A stretch of DNA of 64,000 bases from Victivallales bacterium. GTDB taxonomy: Bacteria > Verrucomicrobiota > Lentisphaeria > Victivallales > UBA1829. Both the position numbers and the translations under genes were made by a program. The notes below the pieces were generated by a model. It ran no database searches. It saw only the letters and a list, made by a program, of their open reading frames with translations, and was not told the DNA's origin. The stretch lies in NCBI GenBank assembly GCA_045592785.1, contig JAZNVL010000060.1:2045-66044 (forward strand), written 5' to 3'. Shown piece after piece: positions 36,189 through 45,645 of this stretch (its first letter is position 1; the number at the start of each line of letters is the position of its first letter).

Positions 36189-36395
36189 ATGACAAAACAA
36201 AAAAAAAAGCCGTCAACAAGGATCAAACGCAGACTGCGGGTTCTGGGGATCTCCCAGACGGAACTGGCACATCGGCTGCAGAAGAATGTGTCACTGGTCA
36301 ATTATTTCTGCATACATGGGGTGAAGACTGTGCGTGTTGCAAAAGAATATGCGCGCATACTTTGCTGTCGTCCGGAAGAATTATTGGAAATTTAA
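36189..36395 (+). CDS. Small HTH DNA-binding protein (Ner/XRE-like)
   Basis: MTKQKKKPSTRIKRRLRVLGISQTELAHRLQKNVSLVNYF.... Divergent from the portal gene across a very AT-rich ~240-bp region. I chose the ATG at 36189 rather than the longer track ORF. Confidence 0.55.
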   Translation: MTKQKKKPSTRIKRRLRVLGISQTELAHRLQKNVSLVNYFCIHGVKTVRVAKEYARILCCRPEELLEI

Positions 36396-36401
36396 CAGGG
36401 T

Positions 36402-36725
36402 ATGGTATTTGAAATGGAGAAAGAGGAACAGAAAGGCGTGACATTGCAGGATGTATTGTCATGCGCCGTGGAACATGATAAAGCAATGAACAGAAAAACG
36501 GGGGGCAGGGCACCGATCCTGACAGAACGGCGGATCGTTTGTGCGCTTGACCGCGCCGCACGGTATCCGGACTGGTGGCATGTGAACCGGATCCATTTTT
36601 ACAATCCGGAATTGAGTTACGGCAGGATCGCGCAACTGCTTGGGTTGAGCCGTCAATCGGTTTCACGCTGGATCCGCGATGTGGAGATCCCGGAAGATGA
36701 TTATGATGCGCTTCCCCAAATATAA
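36402..36725 (+). CDS. Small protein with C-terminal HTH
   Basis: SYGRIAQLLGLSRQSVSRWIRD is a helix-turn-helix. 103-107 aa. Confidence 0.5.
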   Translation: MVFEMEKEEQKGVTLQDVLSCAVEHDKAMNRKTGGRAPILTERRIVCALDRAARYPDWWHVNRIHFYNPELSYGRIAQLLGLSRQSVSRWIRDVEIPEDDYDALPQI

Positions 36726-36733
36726 ACTTGTTT

Positions 36734-38344
36734 TTACAGGTAGAGGATCCAAACAACAAGGAGTGCAAGTAATGCAAAAATAATCGTCGGAATGAGATTG
36801 AGGAGAAGGAGTTTACCTTCTTTTTTCTGCAATCCGACAGCGGCACAGGCAGCAATGATCCCGCTGATCCGGATCATGCTGCCGAGTCCGCCTCCTGTCA
36901 CCTGGAGTGCAAAGAATGTTTCCGGCGGATATTCCAGCAGGTGTGCCGTATTCAGCTGCAGGGAGGCAAAAAGAATATTGGAAACGGTGCAGGACCCTGC
37001 AAAGAATGTGCCGAGAACACCCAGGAAGGGAGAGACGGCAATAAACGCTTTGCCCATTCCATCGGCAGCTGTTTGTGCCATAATGGAAAGCATCCCCGGG
37101 ATATTCGCCGCGTTCTCATTGGAGAACACCATGATCTGCACCATTGCCGTACTGACGATGATCGCCAATGCAGCCATTTGCAGTTGCTTTGCAGTGTCAA
37201 TGACGATCTTCCCCTGTTCTTTCCAGCTTAACCGCATCCAGAGTGCAGTACCCAGTGCCAGCAACAGAAACGGGAAAAGTCCGGGATTATTGAGCAGCAT
37301 CCAGCGGAGTCCAGTACCCGATACATCAAAAAAGTCCGGAAGGTTCAGTATCCCATAGGAACGGAAGAACTTCCGCAGGGGAAGAAACTGTACCCGGGTG
37401 AGCAGCAGCAGAACAGTCAGCAGGATATAGGGCATCCATGCTTTCCAGACGGGGACTTCACCGGGAGTATCGGCGACACTGTTTATTTCGGGTTCATCGG
37501 GGAATCTCCACACATATTTCGGCACAAGGAACCGGAATTTGACACAGAATAACAGCAGTGGCAGACCGACAGCTGCGCCCATGATCGAGGGGAGTTCCGG
37601 TCCCAGATGGTTTGCGGTGAATTGCCAGGGCAGAATATAAACGGCGGCGGTCAGCAGTGTCAGGGGAAGGATCTCCAACATGGATCGCAGTTTCCGTTTT
37701 CCTTTGGAGAGCAGGATCATGATCACGATCGCACAGAATGGGAGCAACGCGCCGGAAAGCCCGGAAACGATCGTGAAAGTCTTCATCATCACTATATTGA
37801 ACTTTTCCGGTTCCAACCCCATATCAAGCAGATTCTGTGATGTCGTATTCAGTGCAGTGAAAAAAGGCGTGCCCACGCCGCCGAAGGCAACGGGGAGCGT
37901 ATTACAGATCAACGCAACTGCAACTGCTGTGAATGCGGGGAACCCCAGGCTGACCAGCAGGGGTGCGACCACTGCCGGAGCTGCCCCGAACCCCGCAGCT
38001 CCCTCCATCAACCCGCTGAAAAGCCATCCGATGATCAGGACCTGGATCCTGCGATCATCGCTGATATGATGAAAACTGTTGCTGATACTGCGGAGCATAC
38101 CGGTTGCTTTCTGCACATTGAGCAGAAGTACGGCACCGAATATGATCAGGACGATATCCAATGCTTTGAATATGCCGTTAAGGGTCGCCGCACCGATCAC
38201 GGCGCAGTTTACTTTCCAGAAAATCATTCCGTTGAGGACGGTGAAACACCATGCGGCGGCAAGGGATTTTCCGGGTGAGATCCGGAAAACGGTCATCATG
38301 ATCACAGCCGTGAGGATGGGCAATACAGCAAGAAAGCAAAACAT
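36734..38344 (-). CDS. L-lactate/glycolate permease family (LctP)
   Basis: DDRRIQVLIIGWLFSGLMEGAAGFGAAPAVVAPLLVSLGF...NTLPVAFGGVGTP and the C-terminal SPFLGVLGTFFAGSCTVSNILFASLQ align closely with E. coli LldP as I recall it. The start is probably MFCFLAV (38344). Confidence 0.85.
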   Translation of the reverse strand: MFCFLAVLPILTAVIMMTVFRISPGKSLAAAWCFTVLNGMIFWKVNCAVIGAATLNGIFKALDIVLIIFGAVLLLNVQKATGMLRSISNSFHHISDDRRIQVLIIGWLFSGLMEGAAGFGAAPAVVAPLLVSLGFPAFTAVAVALICNTLPVAFGGVGTPFFTALNTTSQNLLDMGLEPEKFNIVMMKTFTIVSGLSGALLPFCAIVIMILLSKGKRKLRSMLEILPLTLLTAAVYILPWQFTANHLGPELPSIMGAAVGLPLLLFCVKFRFLVPKYVWRFPDEPEINSVADTPGEVPVWKAWMPYILLTVLLLLTRVQFLPLRKFFRSYGILNLPDFFDVSGTGLRWMLLNNPGLFPFLLLALGTALWMRLSWKEQGKIVIDTAKQLQMAALAIIVSTAMVQIMVFSNENAANIPGMLSIMAQTAADGMGKAFIAVSPFLGVLGTFFAGSCTVSNILFASLQLNTAHLLEYPPETFFALQVTGGGLGSMIRISGIIAACAAVGLQKKEGKLLLLNLIPTIIFALLALLVVWILYL

Positions 38345-38475
38345 ACTACGATCTTTCCTTAAAAATTTTGCGTAATGTACACCTTTTTTTTCAGAAATCA
38401 AGTTGCAATTTGCGTAATGTCTGCTATTTTATAATAACCTTAATTTTTACCAACCCAAAACAAGGAAAAAAGAAA

Positions 38476-39618
38476 ATGGACACAGAAACAATGTGTAATG
38501 CTCCGGAAACTGCATGTCAGTTTTTCGAATCCATCGCCGAATGGTTTACTTCTCAACCCGGTAACCTTATTACGGCAGCCATCATCCTCGGTATCGCCGT
38601 GGTCGCAGCCGTGATCATCAATGCCGTTTGCCGTGCGATTGCCGGTAAATGTGTGAAAGATGGTGAGCCCACGACTGCCGGACTGATCCTGAAAGCAGTC
38701 GGCAAGCCCGTATTCCTGCTCCTGATCGCCAGCGGTATCGACGTCGCTCTGCATGTCCTCCGTATTACGGAACGTGCGGAAAACATCATCAGCCGTACTT
38801 ACCAGGCTGTGTTTATTGTGCTGGCTGTCTGGGGTGCGCTCCGTATCGTGAAAGTCATCAACGACCGCACCATTTCCAAACTGGAAGAAAAGAATGCAGT
38901 GTATAATGTGCTGTTGCTCAACCTGCTCCGCCGTACAGTCAAGGCTGTTGTCTGGGTCGTTGCGATCCTTTTCATTGCGAAGAACTCCTTTAATCTTGAC
39001 ATCACCGCCATGCTCGCCGGTGCCGGTGTCATCGGCTTGGCTATCGCTTTTGCCGCACAGAATACCATTGCCAATATTTTCGGCGCGATCACATTGATCC
39101 TGGATAAACCCTTCACCGTCGGCGACCGTATCCTTGCCGGTGGAAAAGATGGTATTGTGGAAAGTATCGGACTGCGCAGCACAACTCTGCGTACGCTCAA
39201 CGGGACCCGGATCGCGGTTCCCAACAAGGAACTTTCTGAAGTTTCCATTGAAAACCTTTCCAGCCGTTCCAACTTCAAACAGACCTTCGATATCGGTCTG
39301 GTATACAGCACCACCGATGCTCAGATGCGGCGCGCTGTGGAAATCCTGCATGAGATCCTGGATAACAATTACGGCTTCGATATGCAGAACTTCCCCCCGA
39401 AGATCGCGTTCGGCGAAATGAAAGACTTCTCCCTCAATATCGGGGTCGTTGTCTGGTTCCCCACCACGGACTTCTTTGAAATGATGGGACTCCGTGAAAA
39501 AGTCAACTTCGAGATCCTCAAACGGTTCAACGAAGAAAAACTGGAATTCGCATTCCCCTCTCAGACCCTTTACCTTGCCGGCGATACGGTCAGACCTGTC
39601 CTCGTCAAGAATTCCTGA
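38476..39618 (+). CDS. MscS-family mechanosensitive channel
   Basis: NIFGAITLILDKPFTVGDRILAGGKDGIVESIGLRSTTLRTLNGTRIAVPNKEL is the MscS beta-domain signature. I chose the ATG at 38476 (MDTETM...) over the track start. Confidence 0.85.
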   Translation: MDTETMCNAPETACQFFESIAEWFTSQPGNLITAAIILGIAVVAAVIINAVCRAIAGKCVKDGEPTTAGLILKAVGKPVFLLLIASGIDVALHVLRITERAENIISRTYQAVFIVLAVWGALRIVKVINDRTISKLEEKNAVYNVLLLNLLRRTVKAVVWVVAILFIAKNSFNLDITAMLAGAGVIGLAIAFAAQNTIANIFGAITLILDKPFTVGDRILAGGKDGIVESIGLRSTTLRTLNGTRIAVPNKELSEVSIENLSSRSNFKQTFDIGLVYSTTDAQMRRAVEILHEILDNNYGFDMQNFPPKIAFGEMKDFSLNIGVVVWFPTTDFFEMMGLREKVNFEILKRFNEEKLEFAFPSQTLYLAGDTVRPVLVKNS

Positions 39619-39625
39619 GTGAATC

Positions 39626-40102
39626 ATGCTGAAGACCAATGTAATGCGTCTGCTTGAACACGCCGTGATCAAACACGGCGTGCATGAGTATGATATCTCC
39701 GACGGCAGACTCGACGCCGTTTCCATGGCGGAAAAAATGGGCGTCGATAAGGACATGGTCTTCAAAACCCTGGTGACGGTCAACCCGGAAAAACAGTACT
39801 TCGTATTCGTGATTCCGGGTCCCGCCACTCTGGACCTCAAAAAGGCCGCCAGAGCCTCCCGTTCCAAAAGCATCGTGATGATCCCCCAGAAAGAGCTGTT
39901 CCCGCTCACCGGATACATCCACGGAGGCTGTTCCCCCATCGGCTTGAAAAAGCCGTTCCCTGTTTATATTGATGAGACCGCACAGCTCTTTGATGAGATC
40001 CGCGTCAGCGGCGGACATGTGGGTGTCAGTATTTCCATCGAACCGGAAACGCTCCGGAATTTTGTGAACGGCACATTCGCCGATCTGATCTCAATCGCCT
40101 GA
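39626..40102 (+). CDS. ybaK: YbaK/EbsC-type Cys-tRNA(Pro) deacylase
   Basis: Collinear with E. coli YbaK: ...VFKTLV...LDLKKAA...TGY..GG.SP.G.KK..P..ID......I.VSGG. Confidence 0.8.
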   Translation: MLKTNVMRLLEHAVIKHGVHEYDISDGRLDAVSMAEKMGVDKDMVFKTLVTVNPEKQYFVFVIPGPATLDLKKAARASRSKSIVMIPQKELFPLTGYIHGGCSPIGLKKPFPVYIDETAQLFDEIRVSGGHVGVSISIEPETLRNFVNGTFADLISIA

Positions 40103-41287
40103 TCCTTTGGCATCGATCGCCTTCCGGATGCCGTCAGCGGCAAAATTGAAACTGGTTACCGTGAGAAAGATCGCCAGTCCCGGCCATAACATCAGATTCC
40201 AGTAGGTCAGCGGGTCCGCAAACGCTTCCCGCAGAAGTTCGCCCCAGCTTGCCGAAGGATCCTGTACGCCGAACCCGAGAAAGCTCAAACTGTTTTCCGC
40301 AAGGATCGCTCCCGCCACATCAAATGCACAGGAGACAAAAATCGGGCCTGCCGCATTGGGCAGCAAATGAAACAGCAGGATCCGCCAGGTGGGTAAACCG
40401 ATACTCTCACAACTCTGGATGTATGCCATCTGCCGTTGTTTCAAAACTTCGCCGCGCACCAGACGGCACAGTCCGGGCCACCCCGTGAACCCCAGTACGG
40501 CGATCACAAGCAGGATGGATTGCCGGGAACCGTAGTCAAGCATCAGAGCCATCAGGATCAGCAGCAGAAGAAACGTGGGAAAACAGATCACGATCTCCAC
40601 AAGTCGCTGTACGATCATGTCGATGCGCCCGCCTTTATACCCCGAAAACAACCCGATCACGGTCCCAAGAAATAACGAGATCGCAGTCGCAAGAAAACCC
40701 ACTGCCAGGGAAACACGGGCACCATATACCATCCGCGCAAATACATCCCGTCCCACCTGATCCGTGCCGAACCAGTGCCGTGCGGAAGGTTTTCCGTAGA
40801 TCTCCGACGATGTTTCAAAGGGACCGTATGGGACCGGCGCAAAAATGGTAACGCATCCCCGTTCTGCACCTTCTTCCGCCAGCATCCGGTAATCGGATTT
40901 ATTCATCACGCTTCTGGAAAAGAGAAAGGGCAGGGCGAGCAGAAGAAGCAGGGCGGCCAGTCCCCAATTCCGCCAACGGTTTTTCCAGCGTTTCGTGAAA
41001 AAACAATACAGTCCGCCAAAAAGAAAGGCAGGGAACAGGTAGTTGAAAAGACGTTCCACCAATGCCTCCTGGCAATCCGGCGCGATATAATCCCGGAACG
41101 CTGGACTTTCCCATACGCCGTTCATATTGGTGAGCCAGGGACGTCCATTGACCAGAAACGGGGCAAGGATCGCCAGTGAACACAGGAGAACAATAAAGAC
41201 AAGTCCGGCGACTGCCGCTTTATCCCGGAAAAATTTCCGGATCGTCAGAGTGCGTGGATTCAGTTCACCGGTATTGGCTGGATTCAT
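40091..41287 (-). CDS. ABC transporter permease, OppC/DppC-like
   Basis: FGTDQVGRDVFARMVYGARVSL...GGRIDMIVQRLVEIVICFP...SIGLPTWRILLFHLLPNAAGPI. Confidence 0.8.
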   Translation of the reverse strand: MNPANTGELNPRTLTIRKFFRDKAAVAGLVFIVLLCSLAILAPFLVNGRPWLTNMNGVWESPAFRDYIAPDCQEALVERLFNYLFPAFLFGGLYCFFTKRWKNRWRNWGLAALLLLLALPFLFSRSVMNKSDYRMLAEEGAERGCVTIFAPVPYGPFETSSEIYGKPSARHWFGTDQVGRDVFARMVYGARVSLAVGFLATAISLFLGTVIGLFSGYKGGRIDMIVQRLVEIVICFPTFLLLLILMALMLDYGSRQSILLVIAVLGFTGWPGLCRLVRGEVLKQRQMAYIQSCESIGLPTWRILLFHLLPNAAGPIFVSCAFDVAGAILAENSLSFLGFGVQDPSASWGELLREAFADPLTYWNLMLWPGLAIFLTVTSFNFAADGIRKAIDAKGSGD

Positions 41288-41805
41288 TGGGCAATCCCGA
41301 ACAGCATGGCGAGTTCCCGTTGAAGAACGGGGGTGAGGTCGGCACAGTCATCCGCCTTCAAACGCCGGATGAGTTCCGCCTGCGGAAAGAAATTGAGTTC
41401 ATCGATTTCATCCGCAGGAAACGCGAATGGTCCGATCGACTCCATGCGGTATACCGTCACCAGTTCCGATTCCAATTCATTATGGATCCGGTAATCGAAT
41501 AAATGAACGAACGAAGTCATATCCGGTTTGAGTCCGATCTCTTCTTCCGTTTCCCGCAGCAATGCTTCTCCGATCGTTTCCCCGGCGGAAACGTGTCCGC
41601 CCACCGAAGAATCCCATTTGCCCGGCTGGATCAGTTTGTTCTCCGCCCGTTTCTGCAGCAGAATATCGCCTGTGACCGGGTGAAATACCAGAACATGGAC
41701 CGCGCGATGCCACAAGGTGTTGTCACCATGACACTGTTTCCGCGGCGCGATGCCGATGACTTCACCCGTATCGGGATTGAGGATATCCAGCATTTCTTCG
41801 GACAT
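41284..41805 (-). CDS. NUDIX hydrolase
   Basis: Nudix box: GGHVSAGETIGEALLRETEEEIGL. Confidence 0.85.
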   Translation of the reverse strand: MSEEMLDILNPDTGEVIGIAPRKQCHGDNTLWHRAVHVLVFHPVTGDILLQKRAENKLIQPGKWDSSVGGHVSAGETIGEALLRETEEEIGLKPDMTSFVHLFDYRIHNELESELVTVYRMESIGPFAFPADEIDELNFFPQAELIRRLKADDCADLTPVLQRELAMLFGIAQ

Positions 41806-41807
41806 GA

Positions 41808-44306
41808 TCAGGCATCCTTTTCTGCGGGAAGGAACAGGATCTTATTGTTGTCCAGAACGGCACGGATCCCTTCTCCTTTCCGGAATGTTCCGCGGAGGAT
41901 CACATCGGAAAGCGGATCTTCGATCATGCGTTCCACCATTCTGCGCAACGGACGTGCGCCGTACTCTGCCTGCACATCCTGATCCAGAAGATAACGGATG
42001 ACCTCCGGTTCCACCGTAAGTTTCTGTCCGGCTTCCTCAAGTCGTTTTGCGAGTTTATTGACTTCCAGCGTGATGATCTTTTCCAGATCTTCGCGGACAA
42101 GTTTCCGGAATACAACGACTTCATCCAGACGGTTGATAAATTCCGGCTTGAACCGTTTTTTTGCGATTTCCAGCAAACGGTCGCCAGTCTTCTGATTCTT
42201 TTCCACTTCACTCCCGGCAAAGCCCAGAGCACCGCCGCCCTTCGCAAGCACTTCCGCACCCACATTGCTGGTCATGATGACCACCGTGTTCCGGAAATCG
42301 ATACGCCGTCCCAGGGTATCCGTCAGCTTCCCTTCTTCCAGGATCTGCAGGAACATGTGCATCACGTCCGGGTGTGCCTTTTCGATCTCATCGAACAAGA
42401 CCACGCTGTATGGATGACGGCGTACTTTTTCTGTCAGTTCGCCGCCGTCACCGTGTCCCACATATCCCGGCGGGGAACCCACCAGACGGCTCACGTTGAA
42501 TTTTTCCATGTATTCGGACATATCCACCTGGATCAGTGCATCGGCACTGCCGAACATGAATTCCGCCAATGCTTTTGCCAGAAGTGTCTTACCCACCCCG
42601 GTGGGCCCCAGGAACATAAAGGAGCCGATGGGGCGTGCCGGATCTTTCAGGTTCGCCCGGGAACGCCGCAGGGAACGTGCGATGGAAGATACGGCATCAT
42701 CCTGTCCGATGACAGTCTGCGCCAAATCATTTTCCATATTGAGCAGGCGTCCGGTCTCGCCGGATTCCATTTGCTGTACGGGGATCCCGCTGAGTTTGGA
42801 AAGGACTTCTGCGATATCATTTTCGGTGATGCATGGTTTGGAGCGTTCCGTTTCATTTTTCCATGTGGAGACAGTGGCTTCGATCTGCTGTTTTAACGCC
42901 CGTTCCTGATTCCGGAGTTCCGCCGCTTCTTCGAATTTCTGCTCGGTGATGGCATTATCTTTCTGCTGTTTGATTTCTTCCAGCTGTTTCTCCAACGGGC
43001 GGAGATCCGGAGCCTTTTTCATGTTCTGAATACGCACACGGGCTCCCGACTCATCCATCAGGTCAATGGCTTTATCCGGCAGAAAACGTCCGCTGATATA
43101 CCGGTCTGCCAGTTTCACCGCAGCCTCAATGGCATCCGGCGTGTAACGGACACCATGATGTTCCTCGTATTTCCCTTTCAATCCCATCAGGATCTTAACG
43201 GCATCCTCCGGGGAAGGGGGATTGACGATGACAGACTGGAACCGACGTTCCAGAGCGGCATCTTTTTCAATGCCTTTCCGGTATTCATCCAGGGTGGTCG
43301 CGCCGATACATTGCAGTTCCCCGCGTGACAACGCCGGCTTGATGATGTTGGCGGCATCCATGGTCCCTTCGGGGGAACCTGCGCCGACCAGCGTATGGAG
43401 TTCGTCGATAAAGAGGATCGCCACGCCGGAGTTCTGTACTTCATCCAGTACCGCTTTGATCCGTTCTTCGAATTGTCCGCGGTACTTTGTGCCTGCGACC
43501 ATCAGTGTGAGGTCGAGGGAGAAGATCTGTTTCCCGGCAAGGATTTCCGGTACGTCACCGGCGGCGATCTTTTCCGCAAGACCTTCCACGATCGCGGTCT
43601 TGCCCACGCCCGCTTCCCCGATCAGCACCGGATTGTTTTTTGTACGGCGGCACAGAATCTGAATGACCCGTTCGATCTCATCCTGGCGTCCGATCACGGG
43701 GTCCAGCTTACCGGTTTTTGCCAATTCCGTCAAGTTTCTGCCGAAGGTGTTGAGAGCCGTGAGATTTCCGAATGGGGCATTGCTTTCCTGGGGCGGAGTC
43801 ACACCCGTTTTTGCCGATTCGGAATCGGGGGTGTACGTCGGCTCCAGAGCGGCAAGCACTTTCTTCCGCAGAGACTCTGCATCCACGTTCCGTTCAGCCA
43901 GGATCCGGGCGGCATTGCTTTCACCGTCATGCAGGATCGCCAGCAGAAGGTGTTCGGTCCCGATGTAGTTATAATTCATTGCTCTTGCTTCTTCGGCGGA
44001 GAGCAGAATGATCTTTTTCAACCGTTTTGTGATTGGTTTGTTCATCCCGGCGATCGCCAATGCGGCATCTTCCTCATTGACCGCGCGGACCAATTCATCC
44101 CGGAGCGAGTTCAGATCCACGTTCAGACTGCGGAGACTTTCCACCGCGATCCCTTCTTCCAGATTGATGATCCCGAGAAGAAGATGTTCTGCTCCGATAC
44201 ATTTATGATCAAGCCGGTTCACTTCCCGTAACGCGCCGATAAATGCCTGACGTGAACGTGGGGTAAGATTTTTCAAGCAACTGTGGAGAGCATCTAATTC
44301 AGACAT
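41808..44306 (-). CDS. clpC: ClpC-type AAA+ chaperone (Clp ATPase)
   Basis: Double Clp_N repeat. Two Walker A motifs: [15 protein letters not shown] and [18 protein letters not shown]-like [11 protein letters not shown] between D1 and D2. 832 aa. Confidence 0.85.
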   Translation of the reverse strand: MSELDALHSCLKNLTPRSRQAFIGALREVNRLDHKCIGAEHLLLGIINLEEGIAVESLRSLNVDLNSLRDELVRAVNEEDAALAIAGMNKPITKRLKKIILLSAEEARAMNYNYIGTEHLLLAILHDGESNAARILAERNVDAESLRKKVLAALEPTYTPDSESAKTGVTPPQESNAPFGNLTALNTFGRNLTELAKTGKLDPVIGRQDEIERVIQILCRRTKNNPVLIGEAGVGKTAIVEGLAEKIAAGDVPEILAGKQIFSLDLTLMVAGTKYRGQFEERIKAVLDEVQNSGVAILFIDELHTLVGAGSPEGTMDAANIIKPALSRGELQCIGATTLDEYRKGIEKDAALERRFQSVIVNPPSPEDAVKILMGLKGKYEEHHGVRYTPDAIEAAVKLADRYISGRFLPDKAIDLMDESGARVRIQNMKKAPDLRPLEKQLEEIKQQKDNAITEQKFEEAAELRNQERALKQQIEATVSTWKNETERSKPCITENDIAEVLSKLSGIPVQQMESGETGRLLNMENDLAQTVIGQDDAVSSIARSLRRSRANLKDPARPIGSFMFLGPTGVGKTLLAKALAEFMFGSADALIQVDMSEYMEKFNVSRLVGSPPGYVGHGDGGELTEKVRRHPYSVVLFDEIEKAHPDVMHMFLQILEEGKLTDTLGRRIDFRNTVVIMTSNVGAEVLAKGGGALGFAGSEVEKNQKTGDRLLEIAKKRFKPEFINRLDEVVVFRKLVREDLEKIITLEVNKLAKRLEEAGQKLTVEPEVIRYLLDQDVQAEYGARPLRRMVERMIEDPLSDVILRGTFRKGEGIRAVLDNNKILFLPAEKDA

Positions 44307-44327
44307 AAAACGGAATCCTTCCTCTGT

Positions 44328-45524
44328 TTATTTTTCTTCCGCGGAATAATACCCGTTGTTTGCCAGTACGGACTGGAAAATACGATGGTGTTCCTGTGTC
44401 ATTGCAAAAAATTGCAGTGACACCTGTTTCTTCAAATCCTGGAAGATATGGGCTGGTACATGCAGTTTTTCCGCAGCTTCCAGAAGAACGTTCAAGGCGA
44501 ACAGCTGTGAATACCGTTTGCCGTTGCTCTTCAAATACATGACCTGCGCTTTGTCATATACTTCACCCCAGCGTCCCAAATGTTTAAGTATGTTGAGCCG
44601 ACATTCATATACACCCATGTCCCCGGGAATCAGTTGTTCGATCTGATCCAACAGTCCCAATTTGATTTCCGGGGTGAGATCCGGACGCATGACTTCCGCT
44701 CCAAACAGGACTGCCGCAGGGCGGACCAGTTCCACCGGGACAAAAAACTGTGTCCGGTTATGGATCGCCTGGTACAGTTCCGGGTAATTATCCCCGATTT
44801 CCCGGCGGATCGTGCGGTATTCTTCCATGTATTCCTTTTTGTGTGACATGGTGTATTGATTATCATGTTCCCGATACAGCAGACGGTATTCATCCACAAA
44901 CAGAAGATCTTTTTTCAATGCAAGGGAGACCCACATGGTCACATCCACAGGTCCTTTGATCTCCGTATGGAACAGAGGAGAACTGTATCCGCCCACTTCT
45001 TTCAAGTCGGACATGCGGATGAACATGGCATTGTGTGTGGTGCGGGGGAGGTAGGACATCACAAATACGCTGTGATCGCCGCCGCCGTTCCGGGAAAGGT
45101 CCCGGTTATCCTTGAAATAACGTTTCTTCCCGTATGTTGCCGCAATGTGCGGATTTGCATCCAGAAATTCCATGTTGTTATCCAGATTGAACGGAAGAAG
45201 AATGTCATCGCAATCAAACGGCATAAAATAATCGCCTTTTGCTTCTTCCACCAAACGGCTGTAGGAATATTTGATCCCTTTGTTACCGGGATTTTTCAAT
45301 ACACGGATAAATTTATATTGCTTTGCATATTCTCTGGCGATGTCTCCATCTCCGCCTTCCGGAGAGCCGTCATCGCAAATCAAAAGTTCCGTATCGGTGC
45401 GATCTTTGATCACTGCAAGAATGGAATCCAATGCAGAGCGGAAAAAAGGTTGTTTCTGATAACAGGAAACTGCTACTGTTAAACGGATCTTGCTTTTTCT
45501 TCTTTTTGCCATGATATTCACCAT
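44328..45524 (-). CDS. Family 2 glycosyltransferase
   Basis: LTVAVSCYQKQPFFRSALDSIL...ELLICDDGSPEG...FDCDD. The start is possibly MAKRRK at 45512. Confidence 0.7.
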   Translation of the reverse strand: MVNIMAKRRKSKIRLTVAVSCYQKQPFFRSALDSILAVIKDRTDTELLICDDGSPEGGDGDIAREYAKQYKFIRVLKNPGNKGIKYSYSRLVEEAKGDYFMPFDCDDILLPFNLDNNMEFLDANPHIAATYGKKRYFKDNRDLSRNGGGDHSVFVMSYLPRTTHNAMFIRMSDLKEVGGYSSPLFHTEIKGPVDVTMWVSLALKKDLLFVDEYRLLYREHDNQYTMSHKKEYMEEYRTIRREIGDNYPELYQAIHNRTQFFVPVELVRPAAVLFGAEVMRPDLTPEIKLGLLDQIEQLIPGDMGVYECRLNILKHLGRWGEVYDKAQVMYLKSNGKRYSQLFALNVLLEAAEKLHVPAHIFQDLKKQVSLQFFAMTQEHHRIFQSVLANNGYYSAEEK

Positions 45525-45645
45525 GCTTTTTCGCTTGCTTCTTTATAATAATAAAGGGGAATATAGCATCTATTTCACGCTTTTCAAGCAAAAATAAAAA
45601 AAATCCCGGAACCTTTTCCGGTCCCGGGAGAATGATATGTTTCCC

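Noticed and set aside
31236-36725. Intact Mu-like prophage
   Set aside because: The block contains no transposase (A/B), terminase, tail, baseplate or lysis genes, and backbone genes abut both sides. Only a head module is present.
38440-39939. 499-aa ORF on the minus strand
   Set aside because: It lies entirely antisense to the well-supported MscS and YbaK genes. The composition is low-complexity and rich in G/D/E/R, typical of shadow ORFs in GC-rich DNA, and I recognise no motif.
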